Shown: one piece after another, positions 1-11,563 of the stretch | Position numbering within the stretch: position 1 is the first letter of the stretch | Layout: each line of letters opens with the position of its first letter | From: Macrostomum lignano | Lineage: Eukaryota | Assembly (NCBI GenBank): GCA_002269645.1 | Contig: NIVC01002621.1 | Coordinates: 1-64,000 of the forward strand | Reading direction: 5' to 3' | DNA length: 64,000 bases | Notes under the pieces: model-generated | Seen by the model: only the letters and a program-made list of their open reading frames with translations | The model's database searches: none | Told to the model about the DNA's origin: nothing | Program-made: the position numbers and the translations under genes

Positions 1-832
1 GTTTAATTTAGAGCTAAATTTGAGGCTGGATTAGAGGCTTTTTTTGAGCGCCTGGATTTGATGTTTAATTTAGAGGCTAAATTCGAGGCTGGATTAGAGG
101 CTTTTTTGAGCCTAGATTCGACGATTAATTTAGAGGCTAAATTCAGGCTGGATTAGAGGCTTTTTTTGAGCCTGGATTTGATGTTTAATTTAGAAGGCTA
201 AATTTAGGCTGGATTAGAGGCTTTTTGAGCCTGGATTCGACGATTAATTTAGAGGCTAAATTCGAGGCTGGATTAGAGGCTGGATTAGAGACTGAATTTA
301 GAGGCTGGATTAGAGACTGAATTAGAGGCTGGATTAGAGACTGGATTCGAGGCTGGATTAGAGACTGGATTCGAGGCTCATTAGAGGCTGGATTAGAGCT
401 GGATTAGAGACTGAATTAGAGGCTGGATTAGAGACTGGATTCGAGGCTGGATTAGAGACTGGATTTGAGGCTCAATTAGAGGCTGGATTAGAGGCTGTAT
501 TAGAGACTGAATTAGAGGCTGGATTAGAGACTGGATTCGAGGCTGGATTAGAGACTGGATTTGAGGCTCAATTAGAGGCTGGATTAGAGGCTGGATTAGA
601 GACTGAATTAGAGGCTGGATTAGAGACTGGATTCGAGGCTGGATTAGAGACTGGATTTGAGGCTCAATTAGAGGCTGGATTAGAGGCTGGATTGAGGCTA
701 AATTTGAGGCTGGATTAGAGACTGGATTCGAGCTAAATTTGAGGCTGGATTAGAGCTGGATTTAAGGCTAAATTTGAGGCAGGATTCGAGGCTAATTTGA
801 GGCTGTATTAGAGACTGGGTTAGAGGCTGGAA
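1..832 (+). repeat. Modular tandem array of ~12-bp subunits (TTAGAGGCTGGA/TTAGAGACTGGA/TTCGAGGCTCAA), runs off the left edge
   Basis: Directly visible repeated TTAGAGGCT core; reverse-complement relative of the array at ~1893-2660. Confidence 0.9.
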
Positions 833-1892
833 TATCCCGCTGGGACCCGTCGCCTGATGTCGTGCGCCTGATGGAGGATCCTTTCTGCAGCGACGATGAA
901 TCGGATGCTGCTGCATACACAGTCGGCACCGACAAAATCCTGGGCACGTGCCTTGTGAGCAGAACGCATATTGCTCTGATGCCGTTCTCGCAGCTGAATT
1001 ATTTGTAGGCTAGTGGTCTTTTTATCTTTCTCGCTTTCTTTCTCCATTTTTCTTTCTCACTTTTGAGACAATTAAAAAGTTATCAAGGTTTGGAGGTCTA
1101 CTGTGTAAGTAGTGCCAAATTATATGAAAATTCACTACTCCAATTCCCAACATGTATTCACTGAAGTGCTGAAGTGAAGTGAACTGAAGTGAACTGAACT
1201 GAAGTGAAGAAAGATACAGGATTTTCTGTCTTATATGAAGGCTAGAAGTAATATTTTCCATAGACATAACTGTCATGAGCCCTAGAGTCCTAGGCTAAAG
1301 TATAAACTCCAGTAAAAAAATACAAAAGAAACTAGAGATGTTTGTCAGTGGATTTATGACACATCCCTCGTAAAAAGAAACGTGGTAGAGTTGCTCGCCT
1401 AATTATAGTGCACAGGCCTGGCTTATTGTGCACTGCGTAGATTATTGGGCACAGGCCCGGATTATTGAGCACAGGCCCGGATTATTGTGCAGTGCCTGGA
1501 TTATTGGATTGTATTCTACCAGTTTATTAGTGCATTAAATTCACATGTTTATAACATTTTTACAAGGTTATTTCGTAGTCTTTGTGCTGTCATCTCCCTT
1601 AAGCTGCCAATATTTTGTACGCGATAAACTAAACTGCTCAACTGTGCTCAAATTCTGATCTATTTGATCTTATTGATTTTTAGTCCTTAATTCACTTTTT
1701 ATTGTAAATATACTGTCTTTGCTCCAATAACTGCATGCTTAATTACTGCTGTTACTGTTATTACTGTTCTCAATGAGCGCGGCCGTTGCTGTGCTGTACA
1801 AATTTTTGATTCTTCCATTTTTTTAGTAAATTTTACTCTACTAGCCAGATCCCCAGTTGCTGGGTCAGCCTCTCATTGACAATCTCGAAATT

Positions 1893-2660
1893 GCCAGCCT
1901 TTAATCCAGCCTCTAACTGAGCATCAAATTGCCAGCCTCTAATTCAGCCTCTAATTCAGCCTCTAATTGAGCCTCTAACTGAGCATCAAATCGCCAGCCT
2001 CTAATTGAGCCTCTAATTCAGCCTCTAACTGAGCATCAAATCGCCAGCCTCTAATTGAGCCTCTAATTCAGCCTCTAATTGAGCCTCTAACTGAGCATCA
2101 AATCGCCAGCCTCTAATTGAGCCTCTAATTCAGCCTCTAATTGAGCCTCTAACTGAGCATCAAATCGCCAGCCTCTAATTGAGCCTCTAATTGAGCCTCT
2201 AATTCAGCCTCTAACTGAGCATCAAATCGCCAGCCTCTAATTGAGCCTCTAATTCAGCCTCTAACTGAGCATCAAATCGCCAGCCTCTAATTGAGCCTCT
2301 AATTCAGCCTCTAATTCAGCCTCTAACTAAGCATCAAATCGCCAGCCTCTAATTCAGCCTCTAATTCAGCCTCTAATTCAGCCTCTAACTGAGCGTCAAA
2401 TCGCCAGCCTCTAATTGAGCCTCTAATTCAGCCTCTAATTGAGCCTCTAACTGAGCATCAAATCGCCAGCCTCTAATTGAGCCTCCAATACGAGCCTCAA
2501 ATTGCCAGCCTCTAATTGAGCCTCCAATATGAGCCTCAAATTGCCAGCCTCTAATTGAGCCTCCAATACGAGCCTCATATTGCAAGCATCAAATCTGGGT
2601 CATTTTTAGAGGCTGCGACACCCAAGAGTCGAGCCTCTAACCCAGCCTCTAGCCTCCCAT
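1893..2660 (-). repeat. Modular tandem array (GCCTCTAATTGA/GCCTCTAATTCA/GCCTCTAACTGAGCATCAAATCGCCA), inverted relative to 1-832
   Basis: Reverse complement reads TTAGAGGCTGAATTAGAGGCTCAATTAGAGGC, the same motif family as 1-832. Confidence 0.9.
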
Positions 2661-3843
2661 TGGTTTAGTGTAACCAAATTAAAAAAATCATTAGAGGCTA
2701 GCGCCAAAAAGTGAGCCTCCAACACCCCTCCAGATTTTCCATCGGGGTATACACTTTAGTAATATAATCCTTCAAATAGTAAATTTGTTTCAAATTGTAT
2801 TAGTTAGATTGGATAATGGATAAAGTGGAATGCATCTTAGAATGATCTTAGCCCTAAGTGACACAATTCACACCATGTCTACAGGCTTGTATGGGCTGAT
2901 TTTGCAATCAAGCTGATATGAAGAAAAAAGCTGACATTAGTGTATTGTCAATGATAATATTAAGAGTTAAATCAATTAATTAATTCCTTCATTCATTATT
3001 CAACTGATGAACAATTCATCAGTTGACCACTGGCTTTGGAGTAGAAACTTTTCACATGTTGCTGAGTGTATATTAAATATATATTGTATGTGACCATAGT
3101 CTATAATAGTGCAATATTAATTTGCATATATATGTTTGGTAATATGCATTCTTTAACATGTTGCTGAGTATATTTACATTTGCATTTGTCATTTGCAAGT
3201 TACATTTAGTACATATATTACAGAGAATACATATAGAATAATAAAATTGGTATTTCCAAGAGCTTTGCAAACTGCAAGAATGCCAAATTAATTCCTTTTT
3301 TAGTTTGAAGTTATTCTGATTTCCTAAAATATGTTCACTTAAATGAATCAATAAACTTGCTTGAATAAAAAGTAATTGAAAAGCAAGATTTCATGCTAAA
3401 AGTGTTACTTGAGCCTCCATTATTCTTGGAAGTATAAATAAAATGAAAAATAGAAACTTTAATGCAAAAATATGACAATCAAGCAAGGTTGGGGTTTGAA
3501 ATTCATTAACTACCAAACTTTCATTACATTCAACTACTTGACAAGACTTGACTCAAATACTCGCCTTGAACCCCCAAAGTATGGTCAAGTTCATGACTCA
3601 ATCAAAATCTGGAGTTTGTGCAGGGTCTAGTATTATGCATATTGTGCATATTGTATTGGCCAAAACTTCACATTGCCAAAACGGCTAGCACACTCATGAG
3701 TTTTGGCCTAGTGAAAGAGGCTGCTAAAATGATTTTTGTCATTATGAACTTCTTGCCTAGTAAAATTTTATTTATCTATGATATAAGTAGCAGTCTTCAT
3801 TTAATTGAAATTTATCTTAAGCCTTATAAAAATGATATTTTGC

Positions 3844-4287
3844 ATGGCCACCCTTGAGCTTGAACGAGCCGTGTTCTTCTACCCTCACCTGAGGGCTGCC
3901 CTGCACCGCCTGCCGATGCACTTTAGGAAGCGGTACATGGAAAACAAAGCATTCAGAAGGCCGGCCGTGCACATGAAGCCGTTCTCCGAGGAGCATCCCG
4001 ACCAGCCGTTTGTGCGGCACAGTGACGGTCGGGTTTATCCCAGCCGGCACTTTGATCTGCCGCCGCAGATTTTCTATCCCGCCGAGTCTCAGCGGTGCCT
4101 GTGGGCTAACGAGGGCATCGTCTATGGATTCCGGCAGCGAAAGAAGGAGAGTCCGGTGGGTTTTGCTGCGCTTGCAATGCTGAGATCTCGCTCAGATATG
4201 TTTACAATGATAGATAGATGGTTGAGATAGGTACGTAGGTAGGTAGATAGATAGATAGATAGATAGGTAGATAGATAGATAGATAGG

Positions 4288-4330
<43 letters not shown>

Positions 4331-4966
4331 GCAGGTAGATAGATAGATAGATAGATAGATAGGTAGATAGATAGATAGATAGGCAGGTAGATAGGTAGAT
4401 AGATAGGTAGATAGATAGATAGATAGATAGGTAGATAGATAGATAAATAGATAGATAGACAGGTAGATAGATAGATTGGTTGCTTAATTGATTGATGAAT
4501 TGATAGATCCGCTTAATTCGCTACGATTCCCTAGATTCACCCGCGCTTCTGGAGGCCTCACCTGTACCGGATCCCCTTCCACTCGGAGCTGTTGAACCGC
4601 TGGATGTACATCATTGTGAGCCATCGCGCCCTGACCCTGATCGAGCAGGCTGGCTCGCTCGATCAGTACATCCTGGCATCCTCTGACGGGGAGCTGAACT
4701 CGCGCCTGGGCACGCATTTGAAGCGGGACATGCTGCTGGCGCTGGCCCGCCTACCGCCAGACAGTGAGCTGCGCCAGCGCTACGCCAAGTACGCCGTGCC
4801 GCCGGAGGAGGCTGAATGGATCGGGCTCAGCCTTGCCGAGGCCTGCAAGAAGCAGCTCAAATTGGAGTCAGATGCCAAGAAGCAGGCGGCCGCCGTGCCT
4901 AAGAAGATTGAACTGATGCGCCGGCTGCGGGAGCCGCAGAATTCAGCCGAGGCTCCAGTTGCTTAG
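3844..4966 (+). CDS. MRPL28: Mitochondrial ribosomal protein L28 (bL28m), 2 exons (3844-4155, 4535-4966), ~247 aa
   Basis: Spliced product has [39 protein letters not shown] and [18 protein letters not shown], matching recalled MRPL28 motifs (PESQRGLWGGEG, KVWKPQL, IPEEEAEWVGLTLEEA). GT at 4156 and AG at 4533-4534 are phase 0 compatible. Start codon is uncertain. Confidence 0.9.
4228..4480. repeat. (AGAT)n microsatellite in the MRPL28 intron
   Basis: Visible tetranucleotide run. Confidence 0.95.
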
Positions 4967-5359
4967 TTACCTGGCCTTAAACTTGGCCTAATAATCGCCT
5001 TTATCATTGCCACTGAGGGCCATGTAGCTTTGCAGAGATATATCAACTTTTTTTCTGTTTAATGTAGTTAACAAATTTGGTGATCGCATGCATGCTAGCC
5101 TCAGTAGCATCATTCATTGGATAACCAAATTCTACTATATGTACAAATGCTAGTTTAATGTTCTTTGTTTGTTATCAACTGATAGTACAGTGAAGTCTGT
5201 CCTTTCTTTGTCTTAATTACTTGCATTTTTGCGGTTTAGTTTCTCTATAGAAAATTTTCAGATTTAGTTATTCATATATAGACTTGTATTTTAGTGTCAG
5301 AAAAAGAGTGATGTGTAGTTTAAAGGGATCCAGGATTTATGGTTGAAGAGCAAAATCAT

Positions 5360-6470
5360 TAGAGATGTAGTATTAAGGATAAGAGATGTGGGATTAGGGA
5401 TAAGAGATGTAGGGTTGAGGATAAGAGATGTAGGATTATGGATAAGAGATGTAGGATTATGGATAAGAGATGTAGGATTATGGATAAGAGATGTAGGATT
5501 ATGGATAAGAGATGTAGGATTATGGATAAGAGATGTAGGATTATGGATAAGAGATGTAGGATTATGGATAAGAGATGTAGCATTGGGGATAAGAGATGTA
5601 GCATTGGGATAAGAGATGTAGGGTTGAGGATAAGAGATGTAGCATTGGGGATAAGAGATGTAGGGTTGAGGATAGGAGATGTAGGGTTGAGGATAAGAGA
5701 TGTAGGATTATGGATAAGAGATGTAGGATTATGGATAAGAGATGTAGGATTATGGATAAGAGATGTAGGATTATGGATAAGAGATGTAGGATTATGGATA
5801 AGAGATGTAGGATTATGGATAAGAGATGTAGGATTATGGATAAGAGATGTAGGATTATGGATAAGAGATGTAGCATTGGGGATAAGAGATGTAGGATTGG
5901 GGATAAGGGATGTAGGGTTGAGGATAAGAGATGTAGGATTATGGATAAGAGATGTAGGGTTGGGGATAAGAGATGTAGCATTGGGGATAAGAGATGTAGC
6001 ATTGGGGATAAGAGATGTAGCATTGGGGATAAGAGATGTAGCATTGGGGATAAGAGATGTAGGATTATGGATAAGAGATGTAGGGTTGGGGATAAGAGAT
6101 GTAGCATTGGGGATAAGAGATGTAGCATTGGGGATAAGAGATGTAGCATTGGGGATAAGAGATGTAGGATTATGGATAAGAGATGTAGCATTGGGGATAA
6201 GAGATGTAGCATTGGGGATAAGAGATGTAGGATTATGGATAAGAGATGTAGGGTTGGGGATAAGAGATGTAGCATTGGGGATAAGAGATGTAAGGTTGGG
6301 GATAAGAGATGTAGCATTGGGGATAAGAGATGTAGGGTTGAAGATAAGAGATGTAGGATTAGGGATAAGAGATGTAGCATTGAGGATAAGATATGTAGGG
6401 TTGAGTATAAGAGATGTAGGGTTGAAGATAAGAGATGTAGGGTTGAGGATAAGAGATGTAGGATTACGGA
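5360..6470. repeat. 21-bp minisatellite (GGATAAGAGATGTAGGATTAT, variant ...GTAGCATTGG)
   Basis: About 50 tandem copies visible; explains the stop-free ORFs at 5343-6501. Confidence 0.95.
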
Positions 6471-6706
6471 TAATGCATGCAGGATAACGGATCAGAGATG
6501 AAGGATTAAGAAGTAAAATAAGTATAATTTGCTTTTGTGTTGCATTCTGATCAATAGAAGTGCAGCAATCCAGTCAAAAGCTTTACTCGCACTACTCTAT
6601 CCTGCCCCAATTCATGTTAAAGCATCCAGAATTGCCTATCCCTCATCCGGTTAGCAACTGAGCTGTTCTGTTTACTTGTGCACTCACCCAGTGTTCTCAG
6701 CGACCG

Positions 6707-8335
6707 ATGCCCTGCTGGTACTGGGAGGCGGAGGAGTTGCTCAACACGCCCTCTTATCGGGACGGCGTGGAGCGACAGACTGAGTCGAAATACCGTTGCG
6801 AAGGCGCCAAGTTTATCCTGCAATGCGGCCAAGACCTGGGGCTCACGTACAACACCATAGCCACCGGCATCGTGTTCTTTCACCGCTTCTACATGGCGCA
6901 CAGCTTCAAGAAATACGATCGCTACGTGGTTGCCGCCTGCGCCCTGTTCCTGGCCGGCAAAGTTGAAGAGACGCCCAAACTGTGCCGCGATCTGGTCCGC
7001 TCGGTTCAGAAGCATCTGGACGAGCGAACATTTGCTGCTCATTTTGCTTCCCAGACTCAGGGCCGCAGCCCTGCCGAGCTGGTCATGCAAACTGAGCGGC
7101 TTATGCTTCGAACTCTGAAATTCGATTTCATAGTTGAGCACCCGTACAAACACCTGCTGGAGATGGGCCGGAGGCTGCGCGGCTCCCAGGAGGAAATCAG
7201 CACGATTGTTCGCCACGCCTGGGCATTCGTTAATGACAGTCTGTACACAACCCTGTGCCTGCAGTGGGAGCCCGAGATCATCGCCTGCTCCGTGCTGTAC
7301 CTCGGCAGCCTGTGCAGCAGCTTCCCTATTCGGGATTGGGAGGGCCGCTCCGGTCCCAACGACAAGTGGTGGGAGCAGTTCGTGCCCGGGCTCGGCTTTC
7401 CCCTCATCGAGCGCATCTGCCATCGCATCCTGGACATGTACCAGAGCAATAACAGCGCCGGCAGCGTGCCAGCCGCCGTTGCCAATAGCAACAGTAACAA
7501 TAATAATAGCAATAGTATTGGCAATGGCAGGAGCGGCGGAGGAGCTGATCAGGACAGCCGGGCCAAGCCCTCCTCCGACCAGGCCGCCAAGCAGGCCGCA
7601 CCGCAGCAGCAGCAGCAGGTTGCTGCTACTGCACCTGCACAAACCGCATCAATCCCTGCGGCGACCACAGTCTCCGCTTCAACCTCGCTGTCCGCTGCCG
7701 CCGCCGCCGCCCAAGCGGTGGTGAATCAGGTGCACTTCCAGCACCATCAGCAGCTTCACACCCTGCCAGGCTCGGTGTCTCACGTCTCTATGCAGATGCC
7801 GAACTCTGTGCTCACTGGCAGCTGGCACCAGTACGCGTCCGTCACGAATGCCGCTCCGCCGCCTCCCCCGCCACCGCCGCCTCCTCCGCCGCTCATGGCA
7901 TTCGAGTATCAACAGCAGCAGCAGCAGGGCATGTCAACCATTCCCACTTCGCTCCCTTTGCCGCCGCCGCCTCCGCCGCCACCTCCGCCATCGCATCTGG
8001 GCGGCGGATTTGTGCCTCCGCCGCCGCCGCCCCCGCCACCGCCGCCGCACCACCTCGGCCAGGTCCAGATGCAGCCGAACCATCTTCAGCACCAGCACCA
8101 GCTGTCAACCAATCACGCATCGATGCCCATGCCTATTGGCCAATCTGTCCAGGCCAATCATCATCTGCCCCTGCCTCCGCCAATGTCCATGCCGATGCCA
8201 ATGTCCACCGCGGCTGGCCAGATGCAGCCGCAGATGCAGCAGCCCCAGCAGTTTCCCAGAATGCCGATCGGCAACTTCACTGGCCAGCAGAGGCCCCAGC
8301 AGCATCCAAATAAAAATCTTCACTCGCTGACTTGA
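6707..8335 (+). CDS. CCNK: Cyclin K, intronless, 542 aa, with Pro/Gln-rich C-terminal tail
   Basis: MPCWYW start, EGAKFI, TIATGIVFFHRFYM, LFLAGKVEETPK, LKFDFIVEHPYKHL, AWAFVNDSLYTTLCLQWEPEIIA match cyclin K cyclin boxes; poly-Pro tail as in other cyclin Ks. Confidence 0.95.
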   Translation: MPCWYWEAEELLNTPSYRDGVERQTESKYRCEGAKFILQCGQDLGLTYNTIATGIVFFHRFYMAHSFKKYDRYVVAACALFLAGKVEETPKLCRDLVRSVQKHLDERTFAAHFASQTQGRSPAELVMQTERLMLRTLKFDFIVEHPYKHLLEMGRRLRGSQEEISTIVRHAWAFVNDSLYTTLCLQWEPEIIACSVLYLGSLCSSFPIRDWEGRSGPNDKWWEQFVPGLGFPLIERICHRILDMYQSNNSAGSVPAAVANSNSNNNNSNSIGNGRSGGGADQDSRAKPSSDQAAKQAAPQQQQQVAATAPAQTASIPAATTVSASTSLSAAAAAAQAVVNQVHFQHHQQLHTLPGSVSHVSMQMPNSVLTGSWHQYASVTNAAPPPPPPPPPPPPLMAFEYQQQQQQGMSTIPTSLPLPPPPPPPPPPSHLGGGFVPPPPPPPPPPPHHLGQVQMQPNHLQHQHQLSTNHASMPMPIGQSVQANHHLPLPPPMSMPMPMSTAAGQMQPQMQQPQQFPRMPIGNFTGQQRPQQHPNKNLHSLT

Positions 8336-9167
8336 TAACAAAACGGGGTCACTGATCACTAGCTAGTGTAATTTAAGCAGGATCGTGTTGCAGTAGAGGT
8401 TCTTAGGCTAGGCAGAATTAAGCTAATCCTATTAATCATGTAATCGGATTAAAGCTTATCTTGGGTTCAGGTTCAGTTTACAATTATTATTCAGAACATT
8501 AAAAAGCTCCATGCATTTATTTGTGTTTTGTTTTTAAACTGTTCTGTATACGAGGCTAATCCAGTTTGTGTCCCTCTTGAGTATGGTTAGTTAAACTTCA
8601 ATCACATAACTCACACATGATCCCATTGTCTCACCTTTTCTGCGTAAACTTTTCAATCCGCCATAAAAGCACAATATGCGTTTTGCTAATGCGTAAAGTA
8701 GTTATCGTTAATGATATACTGCTTTCTCAATGTCCGATGAATAAATTGTTTTTATCAAATTGCTTCTTATACTACTACTGCAATGCCCAGTCAGTAGTAT
8801 TGCTTGCTGGTCTTCTCTGCCTCCCCCCCTCAATTTTCTTATTTGTGTTGTTGATTGTTCTCAATTCCTAAACGCCACGTGCAAGCGTAAAAAAAAGAAT
8901 GGACTCTATTTTTATCTATTGAGAGTAGAACGATTTTGTTATTACAGTGGCAATTCAACCCGTGTTAGTCTGAACTGATTTATTTAAGCTATATATATTA
9001 TATTGCTGTATATGTGAACTTTATAATTAGTAATAATATTTAATAATAATAATAACAAAAATAATAACTTCAACCATTTCTGCCCATTTTTAAACCTTTC
9101 TTGTTTTGCTTCAATTGTTTTTAGTAAATAGGATTTTCTACTTTTCAATTGATCCTGTCAGGAAAAA

Positions 9168-9805
9168 GAGTAGTTATGTCAGACTAATCATGTCAGGAAG
9201 CAGACTAGTCATGTCAGGAAGCAGACTAATCATGTCAGGAAGCAGACTAGTCATGTCAGGAAGCAGACTAGTCATGTCAGGAAGCAGACTAGTCATGTCA
9301 GGATGCAGACTAATAATGTCAGGAAGCAGACTAGTCATGTCAGGAAGCAGACTAGTCATGTCAGGAAGCAGACTAATCATGTCAGGAAGCAGACTAATCA
9401 TGTCAGGAAGCAGACTAATCATGTCAGGAAACAGACTAATCATGTCAGGAAGCAGACTAATCATGTCAGGAAACAGACTAATCATGTCAGGAAGCAGACT
9501 AGTCATGTCAGGAAGCAGACTAATCATGTCAGGAAGCAGACTAATCATGTCAGGAAGCAGACTAGTCATGTCAGGATGCAGACTAGTCATGTCAGGAAGC
9601 AGACTAATCATGCCAGGAACCAGACTAATCATGCCAGGAACCAGACTAATCATGCCAGGAACCAGACTAGTCATGTCAGGAACCAGACTAATCATGTCAG
9701 GAAACAGACTAATCATGCCAGGATGCAGACTAATCATGTCAGGATGCAGACTAGTCATGTCAGGAACCAGACTAATCATGTCAGGAAGCAGACTAATCAT
9801 GTCTA
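9168..9805. repeat. 21-bp minisatellite (TCATGTCAGGAAGCAGACTAA)
   Basis: About 30 copies visible; ends ~58 nt before the RPS8 ATG. Confidence 0.95.
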
Positions 9806-9862
9806 GGCTACTGAGCTTAGTAATAAAAATCGTCATATTCTCCCGCACTGACATCCCATGCA

Positions 9863-10573
9863 ATGGGCATCACCCGCGATCGCACCCACAAGCGCCGCAA
9901 GACCGGCGGACGCCGCGAGCAGCTGCGCAAGAAGCGCAAGTTCGAGCTGGGCCGGCCGCCAGCCCTGACCAGGATCGCCCTGCCTGGCACGGCCAAGCGA
10001 GTTCATACGGTTCGAGTTCGAGGCGGCGGTCTCAAGCTTCGAGGCCTGCGCCTGGACACGGGCAATTTTAGCTGGCCATCGCGCGGAGTCGCCCGCAAGA
10101 CTCGCATCATCGACACCGTGTACAATGCCAGCAACAATGAGCTGGTGCGCACCAAGACTCTGGTGAAGAATGCCATCGTGCTCATCGATGCCACACCGTT
10201 CCGTCAGTGGTTCGAGTCGCACTACCTGCTGCCGCTGGCCCGCAAGAAGGAGAAGAAGTCCAAGGCCGCCGCCGATGCCGCTGCTGCAGCCGCGTCGGAC
10301 GCTGCCGGCAAGGCGGAAGGCGACGCCGCTGGCAAGTCGGCCGGCGACGCTCCGCTGTCGTTCACCCGCAGCAAGAAGACCATGAAGAAGTACCTGGAGC
10401 GTCAGAAGAAGGCCGAGGTGCCCCAGGCCCTGCTGGAGCAGTTTGCCGGCGGCCGTCTGTACGCCTGCATCACCTCCAGGCCTGGCCAGTGCGGCCGCGC
10501 CGACGGCTACATCCTGGAGGGCAAGGAGCTGGACTTCTACCTGAGGAAGATCCGCGCCAAGAAGGCCAAGTAG
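9863..10573 (+). CDS. RPS8: 40S ribosomal protein S8 (eS8), intronless, divergent, 236 aa
   Basis: [72 protein letters not shown]; AATAAA at 10721. Confidence 0.95.
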   Translation: MGITRDRTHKRRKTGGRREQLRKKRKFELGRPPALTRIALPGTAKRVHTVRVRGGGLKLRGLRLDTGNFSWPSRGVARKTRIIDTVYNASNNELVRTKTLVKNAIVLIDATPFRQWFESHYLLPLARKKEKKSKAAADAAAAAASDAAGKAEGDAAGKSAGDAPLSFTRSKKTMKKYLERQKKAEVPQALLEQFAGGRLYACITSRPGQCGRADGYILEGKELDFYLRKIRAKKAK

Positions 10574-10824
10574 TTGCCCCGGCGGCTCTGTGTATCTGAA
10601 TAATTCTGTACCTTTGTTGATGTTGCAGTGACCATTTGGGACGTTTTTAGACTGGTTTAGCTGGTGTGCGCTCAGACCTTTGCTGCTGTGTGTAGCAACT
10701 GCATCGCTGAATTATGAAAAAATAAAAAGTTGTGTCGATGAATTGGATTGAAAAATACTCTTGTTTTCTTTGGAATTTTTTCTCTTGTCTGCCGTATTGT
10801 AGGCAAGTTAAGGAATTAAAGAAC

Positions 10825-11500
10825 ACAGGAGCGGACAAGCAGGTAAAGGGAGTAGAAGGGAAGCGGACAGGCAGACTCAGGGAGCAGGAGGGGAGCGGAC
10901 AGGCAGATTCAGGGAGTAGGAGGGGAGCGGACAGGCAGATTCAAAGAGTAGGAGGGGAGCGGACAGGCAGATTCAGGGAGCAGGAGGGGAGCGGACAGGC
11001 AGACTCGGGAGTAGGAGAGGAGTGGACAAGCAGACTCAGGGAGTAGGAGGGGAGTGGACAGGCATACTCAGGGAGTAGGAGGGGAGCGGACAGGCAGACT
11101 CAGGGAGTAGGAGGGGAGCGGACAGGCAGACTCAGGGAGTAGGAGGGGAGCGGACAGGCAGACTCAGGGAGTAGGAGGGGAGCGGACAGGCAGACTCAGG
11201 GAGTAGGAGGGGAGCGGACAGGCAGGTACAGGGAGTAGGAGGGGAGCGGACAGGCAGGTACAGGGAGTAGGAGGGGAGCGGACAGGCAGGTACAGGGAGT
11301 AGGAGGGGAGCGGACAGGCAGACTCAGGGAGTAGGAGAGGAGCGGACATGCAGGCAGATTCAGGGAGTAGGGGGGGGAGCGGACAGGCAGACTCAGGGAG
11401 TAGGGGGGGAGTGAACAGGCAGGTAAAGGGAGTAGGGGAGTGGACAGGCAGGTAAAGCGAGTAGGAGGGGAGTAGGGGAGGGGGGGAGCGGACAGGCAGT
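10825..11500. repeat. 32-bp purine-rich minisatellite (CAGGGAGTAGGAGGGGAGCGGACAGGCAGACT)
   Basis: About 20 copies visible. Confidence 0.93.
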
Positions 11501-11563
11501 TTCAATGCAGGTAAAGTCGGGATACTCATGCTTATTGCATTTATTAAACGGGCCATTCAATGC

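Noticed and set aside
5343-6501. Long ORFs of up to 349 aa (IRDVGLW/MDKRCRI repeats)
   Set aside because: Stop-free frames of a 21-bp minisatellite, open in several frames and on both strands. The same applies to repeat ORFs at 9106-10071, 13996-14641, 15956-16939, 22412-23566, 24168-25446, 39887-41717, 47525-48101 and 49213-59994.
6617-7642. 341-aa minus-strand ORF and other overlapping ORFs on CCNK, RPS8, Sushi, MMP, DEG/ENaC and GT92
   Set aside because: Antisense or alternative-frame shadows of GC-rich coding exons with no recognisable motifs.
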